Below, piece by piece: positions 38,069-48,303 of a stretch of 64,000 nt of DNA (position 1 is the stretch's first letter; the number at the start of each line of letters is the position of its first letter). The stretch covers positions 1 to 64,000 of the forward strand of contig JAXGZF010000012.1 of the NCBI GenBank assembly GCA_040771865.1, in the 5' to 3' direction. Origin of the DNA: Desulfobacterales bacterium. Its GTDB lineage: Bacteria > Desulfobacterota > Desulfobacteria > Desulfobacterales > UBA2245. The notes beneath the pieces were generated by a model that ran no database searches, was not told the origin of the DNA, and was given only the letters and a program-made list of their open reading frames with translations. The translations under genes were made by a program, and so were the position numbers.

Positions 38069-38208
38069 AAACAGAGACCTGCGATGAGAACCGCCAGAAC
38101 AACGATCAGAATGAGTTGATCAGGGCTGAATTCTTTCATGTTTTTCGGGCGGTTTTGCGGTCAATTCGAATCAGGCGTTTCCCGCAAAACCGTTTGCCTG
38201 AGATGCGG

Positions 38209-39426
38209 TCAGATTCTATCCAGGCCGAAGGCGTTGTGGAGCACCCGTACGGCAAGCTCGGCGTACTTTTCTTCAATGACGCAGGATATCCTGATTTCGG
38301 ATGTGCTGATCATCAGGATATTGATGTTTTCCTTCGCAAGGGCGGTAAACATTTTGGAAGCCACTCCCGAATGGTTTCGCATGCCAACGCCGGTCACCGA
38401 GACCTTGGCGATGTTTTCGTCGCCTATTACCGATTCCGCGCCGATTTCTTCGGCCACCTTCCGTTCGATATCCATGGCCTGCTGAAAATCCGCCTTGGAC
38501 ACGGTAAAGGTGAGATCGGTCAGGCCTTCGGAACGGGTGTTCTGAATGATCATATCGACGAGAATGCCGGCATCGGCGATGGGCGTAAAAATTCTGGAAG
38601 CGATTCCGGGCTTGTCCTGCACTCTTGTCAGAGTGATTCTGGCATCCTTCTTGTTATAGGTCACGCCGGTAACCACCAGCTTTTCCATTTCGGCATCCGT
38701 GCTGACAACCATCGTCCCTTCCTCCTCGCTGAATGATGATCGGACATGAACCGGTACATTGTATTTTTTTGCAAATTCCACGGATCGAATTTGAAGCACC
38801 TTGGCGCCCAGACTTGCCATTTCCATCATTTCGTCATAGGTGATTCGGGACAGTTTCCGGGCGGTTTTGCAGATGTTCGGATCCGCCGTGTACACTCCGT
38901 CCACGTCGGTGTATATTTCGCAGCTGTCCGCCTTGATGGCCGAGGCAATGGCCACGGCCGTGGTGTCGGATCCCCCCCGTCCCAGGGTGGTGATGTTGCC
39001 GTTGGCGTCACAGCCCTGAAAGCCGGCGACCACGACGATTTTTCGCTCGGAGAGCAGCTTCTGAATACGGGTCGCATCGATTTCGTGTATCCGGGCGTTT
39101 CCATAGGTCTGATCCGTAAGAACCCGCGCCTGAAATCCGAGCAGCGACTGGGCCGGAAGGTTCATCGCATTCAGTACCATGGTGAGCAGGGCGGCGGTCG
39201 TCTGCTCGCCGGTCGCCAGCAGAACGTCCAGTTCGCGTTTGGTCGGATTCGGACTGGCCTGATGCGCCAACTCGATGATTTTGTCGGTCACCCCCGCCAT
39301 GGCGGAGAGCACGACCACCACATCATTTCCAGCTTCAAAGATTCTGGCCACCCGCCGGGCCACATTGCGGATCCTGTCGAGATCGGCGACCGAGGTTCCC
39401 CCGTATTTCTGAACAATCAGGCTCAT
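38209..39426 (-). CDS. lysC: Aspartate kinase
   Basis: 'VQKYGGTSV', 'TTLGRGGSDTTAV', 'YTDVDGVYTADP' and ACT domains. Confidence 0.96.
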   Translation of the reverse strand: MSLIVQKYGGTSVADLDRIRNVARRVARIFEAGNDVVVVLSAMAGVTDKIIELAHQASPNPTKRELDVLLATGEQTTAALLTMVLNAMNLPAQSLLGFQARVLTDQTYGNARIHEIDATRIQKLLSERKIVVVAGFQGCDANGNITTLGRGGSDTTAVAIASAIKADSCEIYTDVDGVYTADPNICKTARKLSRITYDEMMEMASLGAKVLQIRSVEFAKKYNVPVHVRSSFSEEEGTMVVSTDAEMEKLVVTGVTYNKKDARITLTRVQDKPGIASRIFTPIADAGILVDMIIQNTRSEGLTDLTFTVSKADFQQAMDIERKVAEEIGAESVIGDENIAKVSVTGVGMRNHSGVASKMFTALAKENINILMISTSEIRISCVIEEKYAELAVRVLHNAFGLDRI

Positions 39427-39456
39427 TGTCCCCCCGCATTCTGAATTTTTACTGTG

Positions 39457-39939
39457 TTAAATGATCTGGCAAGGATCGAAATTCTTTAACAGATTTTGCG
39501 CGTCAAGTCCATATCCTGTTAGAAGGATTTTTCTGGACGTCTCCGACAGAATTTCGAAGCGAACCTCCAGATAATCTTTCAGAAAGTTCGAACTGAGCCG
39601 TTCGGCCCATTCGATGGCCAGAACGGAATCGGGGCGGATGAGTTCGGCCAGTTCGGTATCTTCAAATTCAAATGCATCTTCGATGCGGTACAGATCCACA
39701 TGAAACAGGCGCAGGCGGCCGGGGTATTCGTTGATCAATGTAAATGTGGGACTGGTGACGTAATAATCTTCAGGGACCTGAAGGCCGCGGGCCAGTCCCT
39801 GAACAAAGGCGGTTTTTCCGCTTCCCAGATCGCCGATCAGGGCCAGAACCAGTCCGGACTTGATGTGTTTTCCGATGGTTTCGGCCAGATGCAGGGTTTC
39901 AGAAAGGTCTTCGGCAATGATGCAGAGAGATTGGCTCAT
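39457..39939 (-). CDS. tsaE: tRNA t6A biosynthesis ATPase
   Basis: 'GDLGSGKT', 'SPTFTLINEY', 'HVDLYR', 'IEWAE'. Confidence 0.95.
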   Translation of the reverse strand: MSQSLCIIAEDLSETLHLAETIGKHIKSGLVLALIGDLGSGKTAFVQGLARGLQVPEDYYVTSPTFTLINEYPGRLRLFHVDLYRIEDAFEFEDTELAELIRPDSVLAIEWAERLSSNFLKDYLEVRFEILSETSRKILLTGYGLDAQNLLKNFDPCQII

Positions 39940-40379
39940 AATGCTTTTTCGATGATCTGCATCAGCTCCCGGCTTTTTTGTTCCATCTCAAAAGCCCGGG
40001 TTTCATCCTTTTCATGGTCGTAGCCAAAAATGTGGAGGATGCCGTGGATCAGAAGTTCATTAAACCGTTTTTCGAGGGTGGTTTCCTGATCATCCGCCTC
40101 TTTCTGCGCAGTATCCGCCGATATGACCACATCCCCGAGAAGTTCGGGAGAAATATCGGAAAACTCGCCCTCCCGCATCGGAAAGGCAATGACGTTGGTC
40201 GGACCCTGACGGTTGAGATACCGAAGGTTTAGTTCGGCGATCTGTGAATCATCGACGATCACGATGGACAGCTCACCTTCGGGGCACTCCAAGGCGTTTA
40301 AGATGGCCCTGGCTGTCCGTCGTATCTTCCTTAGGGGCATTTTGTGCCTGTTTTGCCGGTTGTCGATCAGTACTTGCAT
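39936..40379 (-). CDS. ybeY: rRNA maturation RNase YbeY
   Basis: 'LN.RY....PTNVIAF', 'LGDVVIS', 'HGILHIFGYDH'. Confidence 0.95.
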   Translation of the reverse strand: MQVLIDNRQNRHKMPLRKIRRTARAILNALECPEGELSIVIVDDSQIAELNLRYLNRQGPTNVIAFPMREGEFSDISPELLGDVVISADTAQKEADDQETTLEKRFNELLIHGILHIFGYDHEKDETRAFEMEQKSRELMQIIEKAL

Positions 40380-42654
40380 CTTTGGGCTTTCCGTTGGCCG
40401 GCGTCTGAGGCTCGGCATATTCGATCCGGTGGTGGTAGATGCCGTTGAGAATCTTGTTGAAGCTCTGGGCGATGTTGTGAAGGTCTTTCAGCGTCAGTTC
40501 GCAATCGTCCAGCTGCCCGTCGGCAAAGATCTTGTTGATCAGGTTCTGGACCAGCCCCTGGATTCTGGACGGGGTCGGATTTTCAAGGGTCCGCGAGGCG
40601 GCTTCAACCACATCGGCCAGCATGACAAGTCCGGCCTCCTTGGTCTGGGGTCTGGGGCCGGGATACCGGAAATCATCGATTTTCACGGAATCATCGCCTT
40701 TGAGCTTTTTGGCCTTTTCATAGAAAAAGCGAATCAGGCTGGTGCCGTGGTGCTGACGGATGGTGTCGATGATCATTCGGCCGAGCCTGTTTTCCGTGGC
40801 CATTTCCACACCGTTTTTGACATGGGCGATCAGAATGAGGGCCGACATGGAAGGCGCCAGCTTGTCGTGCCGGTTGATGCCATCGAATTGGTTTTCGACA
40901 AAATAAAGCGGTTTTTTGATTTTGCCGATGTCATGATAATAGCCGCAGACCTTGGCGAGAATCGGATTGGCGCCGATGGCCGAAGCGGCCGCCTCTACCA
41001 TGGACCCGATCACCATGCTGTGATGATAGGTTCCCGGCGCTTCGATCATGAGTCTGCGCAGAATGGGTCTGTCCAGGTTCGCCAGTTCCAGCAGGGTGAT
41101 GTCCGTTGTATATCCGAAGGCGATCTCCACCAGGGGTGCAAGCCCGGCGGTGACAATGCCGGCGCCCAGTCCGCCTAAAAACGCAAAAGCCCAGTCCCAC
41201 AGCATTTTCAGGCCGCCGACTTCAGCCAGATAGATATTGATTGCCGTCACCAGCACGAGGTTGAGAAACCCGAGCCTGACCCCTGCGCCGATAAAGACCT
41301 TGCGTTCGCGGCAGTCCCGTATCCAGTAGGCCGCCATGGTGCTGCTGAGCAGAAAATAGAGAAATATCTCAAACTTGTTTTGAAACAGGACGGCGCCGCA
41401 GACGGACAGCGCCATGGAAAAGGGAATGGCGATTGAAAGCCCGAGGAACAGACAGACCGTCATGGAGGCGGCAGCCATCGGAATGCCGTAGTACAGGGAT
41501 CTGGCCGGAAAAGGAATAGCGGTGCCCTGAGTCAGTGCATCGGACAGGCCCACCGATATTCGGGCAAGAAACACGAAAGCGATCAGTACCGTGGAAATGA
41601 AGATCAGATTGCGGTTGGGGTCTCTTGAAAACCGGGGTTCGTTTTGAAGATGCATGATATAGATGATCACCAGAAGGCATAAAATGATCGTTACCGAGCC
41701 GAGGCTGCTCAAGACGACCTGCTTTTGGCGGGTGCGGTCCTGAAGCGTTTGCAGTTTCAGGCGCTGAAGTTCGGTAACGCGTTCGCCTTCCCGGATCAGC
41801 ATTTCTCCGGCCTTTATCTGGTAAAGGATGGGCTTTACCTCTTCGGCGGCCGTTTTTCTGCGATCCTCGGTTTCGCTCCGGTTCAAGGTGATGTTGGGCT
41901 GAATCAGGTTCTGAGTGAATTCGATGATTAATTTTTGCAGTCCCTGGTTTAGGCCGACCAGATAAGGCAGACCGATCGTTTGGACCATGGATTTCGCCTG
42001 ATCCAGACCGTAGAAATTTTTTGGATTCTGAACGACGGTTTCGGTTTTGGACGACAGATCCCGAAGGATCATTCCCATTTCGGATTCTTTGATGAGGATT
42101 TCCTTGCTGGATACGACGCCGTTTTTCATGATTTCCATTAAAATTCTGATAATCAGGCGATCGATTTCCGGGGAAAATTTTTCTGCTTCAAGAAGGCGGT
42201 AGGCGTCCCGATCTATGGGAATGCCCAAGCCGACTTCAAATTCCTCCTTCATGGCCCATATCATTTCGGATACCGAAGCCGCCTGTACCGCTTCTTCCTG
42301 AACCTCGGCTGAGGCCTGTTCGATAGCAATGCGAATATCCTCAAAGACCTGGTTGACCTGTCGGCTGATTTTTCCGGCCAGAGCTGTGTTGTGGTCGTAT
42401 ACCGTCATCTGCGTATCGATCATCTGGCGACGTCTGGCTTCGGTTGCCGGCTGGTCTTCGATAAAAAAATCAAACGGCGCCTTGATGTTGCGTTCCGCAA
42501 TATCGCCGACCTTGTATGATTGTCTGGGAATGACCAGGTTGGGGTAGAGTATGAGCGCAAACACGGCGGTGACCAGAACCAGGATCACCCATCGTGCGGT
42601 TTGGGAAGAAATCAGAAGCCTGTGGATTGATAATTTGTTTTTATCACCGCTCAT
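40273..42654 (-). CDS. 7TM-HD membrane phosphohydrolase (PgpH-like)
   Basis: Extracytoplasmic region, 7 TM segments, 'APGTYHHS', 'YYHDIGK', 'QHHGT', 'LADVVEAASR'; phoH-HD-ybeY synteny. Confidence 0.93.
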   Translation of the reverse strand: MSGDKNKLSIHRLLISSQTARWVILVLVTAVFALILYPNLVIPRQSYKVGDIAERNIKAPFDFFIEDQPATEARRRQMIDTQMTVYDHNTALAGKISRQVNQVFEDIRIAIEQASAEVQEEAVQAASVSEMIWAMKEEFEVGLGIPIDRDAYRLLEAEKFSPEIDRLIIRILMEIMKNGVVSSKEILIKESEMGMILRDLSSKTETVVQNPKNFYGLDQAKSMVQTIGLPYLVGLNQGLQKLIIEFTQNLIQPNITLNRSETEDRRKTAAEEVKPILYQIKAGEMLIREGERVTELQRLKLQTLQDRTRQKQVVLSSLGSVTIILCLLVIIYIMHLQNEPRFSRDPNRNLIFISTVLIAFVFLARISVGLSDALTQGTAIPFPARSLYYGIPMAAASMTVCLFLGLSIAIPFSMALSVCGAVLFQNKFEIFLYFLLSSTMAAYWIRDCRERKVFIGAGVRLGFLNLVLVTAINIYLAEVGGLKMLWDWAFAFLGGLGAGIVTAGLAPLVEIAFGYTTDITLLELANLDRPILRRLMIEAPGTYHHSMVIGSMVEAAASAIGANPILAKVCGYYHDIGKIKKPLYFVENQFDGINRHDKLAPSMSALILIAHVKNGVEMATENRLGRMIIDTIRQHHGTSLIRFFYEKAKKLKGDDSVKIDDFRYPGPRPQTKEAGLVMLADVVEAASRTLENPTPSRIQGLVQNLINKIFADGQLDDCELTLKDLHNIAQSFNKILNGIYHHRIEYAEPQTPANGKPKDASTDRQPAKQAQNAPKEDTTDSQGHLKRLGVPRR

Positions 42655-42852
42655 GGTTCAAATTCTGAAGCGGGCTCAAACGCTGGCGTAATAGAGGATC
42701 GGAATCTGAAATGCGGCATCAAACCAGTGCCTCGCATGAGCAAGACAGCGGCAGCCGCACGAAGCATTCCAAGCCCGTACCGGTTGATCGGAATGAGTTC
42801 AAAAACGGTTGCCTCGCGGCGGATTCCGTTTACAGCCTGTCGCGGGTAACCG

Positions 42853-43830
42853 TCAATTTTTGCCGTCTGCTTCATATTCCTCATAGGCTTTGATAATTTT
42901 CTGAACCAGATGATGACGCACCACATCGGTTTTTGAAAAAAATACGAATTGGATGCCGGGGACTTCCTGAAGTATTTTTTTGGCTTCAACCAGGCCCGAT
43001 GTTTTTTGCGCGGGCAGATCGATCTGAGTGATGTCGCCGGTGATGACCGCCTTGGAGCTGAATCCGATACGGGTCAGAAACATTTTCATCTGTTCGGAAG
43101 TCGTATTCTGGGCCTCGTCCAGTATGACAAAAGAATCGTTGAGAGTACGGCCCCGCATGAACGCCAGGGGTGCCACCTCAATTACGCCCTGCTGCAGAAG
43201 GGCCGAAACCTTTTCGAAACGAATCATGTCGTGCAGGGCGTCGTAAAGAGGCCTGAGATACGGGTCGACCTTTTCGGAAAGGTCGCCGGGAAGAAACCCC
43301 AGCGCCTCTCCGGCTTCCACAGCCGGGCGGGTGAGGATGATACGGTTGACGATTTTTTTTGAAAGCGCCGCCACCGCCATGGCCATGGCCAGATAGGTTT
43401 TTCCGGTTCCCGCTGGTCCGATGCCGAATACAATGTCAAAGCGCCGCATCGCATCGATGTATTCCTTCTGACTCGGGCTTTTGGGCGCAATGGCCTGCTT
43501 CTTGGCGGTAATGTAGACCGTATCCAGAAAAATCTTTTTCAGATCAATGCGATCATCGCCGCTGAGCAGCCGTACCGCATAATCAATATCATTGGGATAT
43601 AATGGATAGCCGGCTTCGATCAGCCCGTAAAGCTGGTTCAATACCAGCTCCGCCAGCCGCACGGTAATGGGATCTCCGGACAGAAACACCGTGTTGCCAC
43701 GGGCATGAATGCCGATTTCAAGAGCATCCGAAATTCTCTGCAGATGGCTGTTGCGCTCTCCGAACAACTGCCGGGTCAGCTGAATATCCGGAAATTCCAA
43801 TTGTGATTGCGTCGAATCCGAATGGCTCAT
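42853..43830 (-). CDS. phoH: PhoH family protein
   Basis: 'GPAGTGKTYLA', 'RPAVEAGE.LGFLPG', 'MRGRTL', 'DEAQN'. Confidence 0.95.
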   Translation of the reverse strand: MSHSDSTQSQLEFPDIQLTRQLFGERNSHLQRISDALEIGIHARGNTVFLSGDPITVRLAELVLNQLYGLIEAGYPLYPNDIDYAVRLLSGDDRIDLKKIFLDTVYITAKKQAIAPKSPSQKEYIDAMRRFDIVFGIGPAGTGKTYLAMAMAVAALSKKIVNRIILTRPAVEAGEALGFLPGDLSEKVDPYLRPLYDALHDMIRFEKVSALLQQGVIEVAPLAFMRGRTLNDSFVILDEAQNTTSEQMKMFLTRIGFSSKAVITGDITQIDLPAQKTSGLVEAKKILQEVPGIQFVFFSKTDVVRHHLVQKIIKAYEEYEADGKN

Positions 43831-44087
43831 CAATTTTCCGTATAAGTTAGAGTTCGATTCCACTGGATTATTCAATATCCTCATATCATACCTTTTTCAA
43901 CGAATGCAAACGCCATTTGGCAGGCGCACAGGTCGGAAAAATTGCTTGACTCCGCCCTGACGCTCTGTTAATGGGTTACAAATCATTCTTTAAAAATCAA
44001 ATGGTTAGATGAAACCTTCGCTGCGGAGTCGTTATTTTGAAAAATTGCCCTTTCACCGGGTCTCATAAAACAGGATGAAGGTGCGCC

Positions 44088-44609
44088 ATGAATCTGCTTG
44101 ACATCGTCATCATCGTTATTCTGGGCTATTGTCTTGTCCGGGGCATATTCAGGGGATTGATCAAAGAGGTTTCCGGCATCATCGGGGTTCTAGGCGGTTT
44201 TTATGTAGCTTACAGCTATTATCAAAAACTGGCCCATTTCCTGGCACAGTGGATCAGCGACACATCTATTCAGAATATTTTAAGTTTCCTGCTGCTGTTC
44301 TGCGCTGTATTGATCATCGTCAGTATTGTCGGCATCGTCGTCAAGTATCTGCTCAACATTGCCTTCCTTGGATGGACGGATCGCATCACGGGCGCGGGCT
44401 TCGGCATTCTCAAGGGCGTTCTGATTTCCTGTGTGATCATATTTTCCTTGACGGCTTTTCTGCCCAAAGGGGCGCCGATTATCAAAGAGTCTTTATTGGC
44501 GCCTTATGCGACCCGGGTGTCGGAAACGATGGCCAGGGTGGTTCCCAAAGAGCTTAAAGAGCAGATTGCCGTTAAGATAGGAGAGTTGAAAAAGGTTTGG
44601 AAAAATTAA
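44088..44609 (+). CDS. cvpA: CvpA family membrane protein
   Basis: 'MNLLDIVI...RGIFRGLIKE', 'DRITGAGFG..KG'. Confidence 0.9.
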   Translation: MNLLDIVIIVILGYCLVRGIFRGLIKEVSGIIGVLGGFYVAYSYYQKLAHFLAQWISDTSIQNILSFLLLFCAVLIIVSIVGIVVKYLLNIAFLGWTDRITGAGFGILKGVLISCVIIFSLTAFLPKGAPIIKESLLAPYATRVSETMARVVPKELKEQIAVKIGELKKVWKN

Positions 44610-45397
44610 AGGCCAGCGGTGATTGTTATGGGATAGGACCGCTTTTCGAATTGGTAAAAGCCTTGAGAGGGAAGGACGGATGCCCCTGGGACAGGAAGCA
44701 AACCCCTCAGACCATGGTCCGGTATCTGGTCGAAGAGGTTTACGAACTGCTGGATGCCGTTGAATCCGGGGATTTTGAGCATATTCGCGAAGAACTCGGC
44801 GATGTTCTGTTCCTGATTGTTTTTCTGGTCCATTTGTTTGAAGAACAGGGGCGGTTCGGTTTGCAGGGCGTAGTCGAGGGAAGTTCACAAAAGATGATTC
44901 GCCGGCATCCCCATGTTTTTGGAAACGACCGGGTTGCGAGCGCCGACGAGGTGAAACAACGCTGGCACGAGATCAAAAAGACGGAAAAGCATCCGGGTGT
45001 CGTGTCGGTTCTGGACTCGGTACCCTCCCGTCTTCCCGCGTTGTTGCGGGCCAGTCAGATTTCCGAGCGGGCCGCCCGGTCGGGTTTTGACTGGGACGAT
45101 ATTTCCGGAGTCATGCATAAGGTTGAAGAGGAGTGGAACGAGTTAAAAGCCGAACTGAGCGGGCCGCCATCGGATAAGGCCGGCGAGGAATACGGTGATG
45201 TTCTTTTTGCTCTGGTCAATGTAGCCCGCTTTGCCAATATCCATCCTGAAACCGCTTTGAGCGGCGCGATCAGAAAATTTGAAAAACGATTCAAATATCT
45301 CGAAAAACAGGTATTCGAGAGCGGAAAACCCATGGCTTCCTTTACGGCCGGGCAGCTGGACCAATTGTGGGAAGCGGCCAAAGGCCGGGTTGGATAA
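44597..45397 (+). CDS. mazG: Nucleoside triphosphate pyrophosphohydrolase MazG
   Basis: 'LR..DGCPWDRKQT', 'EELGDVL', 'RRHPHVFG', 'GFDW', 'EEYGD'. Confidence 0.95.
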   Translation: MEKLKASGDCYGIGPLFELVKALRGKDGCPWDRKQTPQTMVRYLVEEVYELLDAVESGDFEHIREELGDVLFLIVFLVHLFEEQGRFGLQGVVEGSSQKMIRRHPHVFGNDRVASADEVKQRWHEIKKTEKHPGVVSVLDSVPSRLPALLRASQISERAARSGFDWDDISGVMHKVEEEWNELKAELSGPPSDKAGEEYGDVLFALVNVARFANIHPETALSGAIRKFEKRFKYLEKQVFESGKPMASFTAGQLDQLWEAAKGRVG

Positions 45398-45448
45398 TCC
45401 GCTATTGATGGGTGAAGAGATCGCTCAACGAATCTGATGATGTCGAAT

Positions 45449-46075
45449 ATGATAGCAATTGTTGATTATGAAGCAGGCAATTTAACCAGTGTGGCGCGCG
45501 CCGTGGCCCACATCGGGTATCGGTGCGCGGTGACGCAGAATATCGATGAGATTCAAAACGCGGATCGCATTATTTTCCCCGGGGTCGGAGCCGCCGGAGC
45601 GGCCATGGAAAGCCTCAGGAGACTTGGCCTTCATCATGCACTTGCCCGGGCGTTTGCTGAAGGAAAACCCATTCTGGGCATATGCCTGGGAACTCAGATC
45701 ATCATGGGGTTCAGTGAGGAGGATCAGACATCCTGTCTGGGCCTGATTCCGGGAACGGTGCGCGCATTTCAATATATTTTCGATTCGGACGGAAGCCGGC
45801 TGAAAATTCCCCACATGGGGTGGAACAGCATTCAGGTCCGATCCGGGCATCCGGTGCTGGCCGATGTGCGCGATGCCGATGAATTCTATTTTGTACACGG
45901 GTATTATCCGGATCCAGACGAGGGCCGTCATGCATTGGCGCTGACCGAATACGGTTTGAACTTCGCTTCGGTGATCGGTGAGCGGAATCTGATTGCCACC
46001 CAGTTCCATCCTGAAAAAAGCGGAAGACCCGGTTTGAAAATTCTTGAGAATTTCTGCAAGTGGGCACCATGCTAA
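45449..46075 (+). CDS. hisH: Imidazole glycerol phosphate synthase glutaminase subunit
   Basis: 'DYEAGNL.SV', 'PGVG', 'GICLG.Q', 'PHMGWN', 'QFHPEKS'. Confidence 0.95.
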   Translation: MIAIVDYEAGNLTSVARAVAHIGYRCAVTQNIDEIQNADRIIFPGVGAAGAAMESLRRLGLHHALARAFAEGKPILGICLGTQIIMGFSEEDQTSCLGLIPGTVRAFQYIFDSDGSRLKIPHMGWNSIQVRSGHPVLADVRDADEFYFVHGYYPDPDEGRHALALTEYGLNFASVIGERNLIATQFHPEKSGRPGLKILENFCKWAPC

Positions 46076-46848
46076 GCAAGCGCATCATACCCTGTCTGGA
46101 CGTGCGGGAAGGAAAAACCACCAAGGGGGTCAGGTTCGAGGACAATGTGGACATCGGTGATCCCGTTGATATGGCTCGTTTCTATTATGAAAGCGGGGCC
46201 GATGAACTGGTTTTCTATGATATTACGGCTTCCCATGAAAAACGTGGCATCATGATTGATGTGGTTCGAAGGGTGGCCGAAACCATATTTATTCCGTTTT
46301 CGGTGGGCGGGGGAATCGGATCGGTGGAGGACATGCGTCAGGTGCTTCTGGCCGGCGCCGAGAAGGTCAGCGTCAATTCCGCCGCGGTGAGAGATCCCCG
46401 GATCATCTCCCAGGGCGCCAGAATCTTTGGGAACCAGTGCATCGTTCTGGGAATGGATGCCAAAAAGGTCGAAAAGACCCGGAAGACACCTTCCGGTTAT
46501 GAGATCGTTATCGATGGCGGACGGGTTTATACCGGTCTGGATGCCCTGCAATGGGCGCAAAAGGCGCAGGAGCTCGGAGCAGGCGAGATCTGCCTCAATT
46601 CCATTGATGCAGATGGCACCCAGGACGGTTACGAGCTGCAGTTGACCGAAATGATTTCAACCAGTGTGGATATTCCTGTCATTGCTTCAGGCGGTGCCGG
46701 CGTTCCGGAACATCTTCTTAAAGCACTCACTCAGGGCAGGGCCGATGCGGTCCTGATCGCATCCATGGTCCACCTCGGCACTTACAGCATTGCCGAGATC
46801 AAATCCTTTCTGAGCGCCGGAGGAGTCAAGGTGCGAAGCAGTTGGTAG
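46069..46848 (+). CDS. hisF: Imidazole glycerol phosphate synthase cyclase subunit
   Basis: 'KRIIPCLDV', 'GADEL.F.DITAS', 'SIDADGT', 'PVIASGGAG'. Confidence 0.96.
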   Translation: MLSKRIIPCLDVREGKTTKGVRFEDNVDIGDPVDMARFYYESGADELVFYDITASHEKRGIMIDVVRRVAETIFIPFSVGGGIGSVEDMRQVLLAGAEKVSVNSAAVRDPRIISQGARIFGNQCIVLGMDAKKVEKTRKTPSGYEIVIDGGRVYTGLDALQWAQKAQELGAGEICLNSIDADGTQDGYELQLTEMISTSVDIPVIASGGAGVPEHLLKALTQGRADAVLIASMVHLGTYSIAEIKSFLSAGGVKVRSSW

Positions 46849-46937
46849 AAACGCAATATTTAAGTCTGTTTTAATTCATAACGGATTTTTCCGGACGTGA
46901 AAATCCGTTTAACGCAGGATCGAGCTGGGAGGCTTGT

Positions 46938-47720
46938 GTGAAAAAAACAGGATTAACTCTATTCATGGGAATACTGGTTCTGGCGTTTTTGACAGGATGC
47001 GAGGACAAGAAGCCTTCGAATGCCGCCAGACCTGACGGACACCCCGATATGCAGACGGCGGCGACTTCGCCGCGGATTAAGGGACCCGTTCTGCAGGTCC
47101 TGGAGGCGGGCAGCTTTACCTATATCGAGGTTCAGACTGATGCGGGCGGAGTTTGGGTGGCGGCGCCTCAGTTCGAGGTTCAGACGGGTGCTGAGGTTGT
47201 TGTTCCGGAGGGAAGATTGATGGTTGATTTTTACAGCAAAAGGTTGAACCGGACTTTTGAGAGGGTGTTTTTTGTCGCCGGAGTGTTGACTGAAGCCGAT
47301 GTGGCCGGAGCAGCCGGGGCGATCACCGCGCCGGCGATGTCCAGGACTTCCAAAATGCCTTCAATTCCCGATATGAATGGTGCCGGTTCCCCGTCGTCTG
47401 TCGATTGCTCGGGCGTTGAAAGAATTCAAGGGGGACAGACCATCAGCGAATTGTTCACCGGGAAACAGGACTTTATCGGCAAGCCGGTCAGACTTCGGGC
47501 AAGGGTCATCAAATTCACTCCGAACATTATGGGCAAAAACTGGTTCCATGTTCAGGACGGCAGTGGTTCGGACAAGGATCTGACAGTCATCAGCCAGGAT
47601 TCCGCTGAGGTGGGCGATGCGGTCGTGGTCAGTGGAACCCTGGTTGCGGACAAGGATTTCGGTATTGGTCGCGTTTACGAGCTGGCCGTGGAAGATGGAA
47701 AGGTAGAGAAGGAAAATTAA
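46938..47720 (+). CDS. Lipoprotein, probably with OB-fold-like domains
   Basis: Lipobox 'LTGC'; 'GSFTYIEV...VWVA', 'IMGKNWFHVQDGSG', 'DKDFG'. Confidence 0.7.
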   Translation: MKKTGLTLFMGILVLAFLTGCEDKKPSNAARPDGHPDMQTAATSPRIKGPVLQVLEAGSFTYIEVQTDAGGVWVAAPQFEVQTGAEVVVPEGRLMVDFYSKRLNRTFERVFFVAGVLTEADVAGAAGAITAPAMSRTSKMPSIPDMNGAGSPSSVDCSGVERIQGGQTISELFTGKQDFIGKPVRLRARVIKFTPNIMGKNWFHVQDGSGSDKDLTVISQDSAEVGDAVVVSGTLVADKDFGIGRVYELAVEDGKVEKEN

Positions 47721-47764
47721 ACCGCCCGCGTTCTTGACCGCAACTGTTTGCATTTCAAACTAGC

Positions 47765-48301
47765 CTATTGGTTTAGACCGTATTTTAAAGCCTCGCGGGT
47801 TTTTGCGTGTGTTGTATAAAAAGCCCGAATGAAGTGCAGATGGCTGTCAAAGGCGATGTCCGGCAGTGCATGCGCCTGAAAGCAGGCCGCTTCGGAAGCG
47901 TCGTCACCTGGCTGCATCCGGCCGGTATAGCGCCTGACCAGGAAACCGATCAGAACGACTGTATGGTAATCCGGGCTTGGATTCGCGGTTACGCCCAGCA
48001 GCCGCTCTATTTGTCCGCAAAGGCCGGTTTCTTCCTTTAGTTCCCTCAGGGCAGCCTGCTCCGGCGTTTCACCGAGTTCCATGAAACCGCCGGGAAGACA
48101 CCACAAGCCCTTTTGGGGTTCGACGCTTCGTTTGACCAGAAGAATCCGGTCTTTTTCATCCGCGACCACCAAGCAGGTGGCGGGAATCGGATTTTCATAC
48201 AAAGGCTGCCGGCAGAATTCGCAGTATAAACGAACACACCCTTCAAAAAATTTTTCTGAAAGCCGCTTCCCGCAATAGAGACAGAACTTTTTGGGGCGCA
48301 T
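47765..48301 (-). CDS. NUDIX hydrolase with N-terminal zinc ribbon
   Basis: 'FC.YCG...C..C', Nudix box 'PGGFMELGETPEQAALRELKEETG'. Confidence 0.93.
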   Translation of the reverse strand: MRPKKFCLYCGKRLSEKFFEGCVRLYCEFCRQPLYENPIPATCLVVADEKDRILLVKRSVEPQKGLWCLPGGFMELGETPEQAALRELKEETGLCGQIERLLGVTANPSPDYHTVVLIGFLVRRYTGRMQPGDDASEAACFQAHALPDIAFDSHLHFIRAFYTTHAKTREALKYGLNQ

Positions 48302-48303
48302 GG

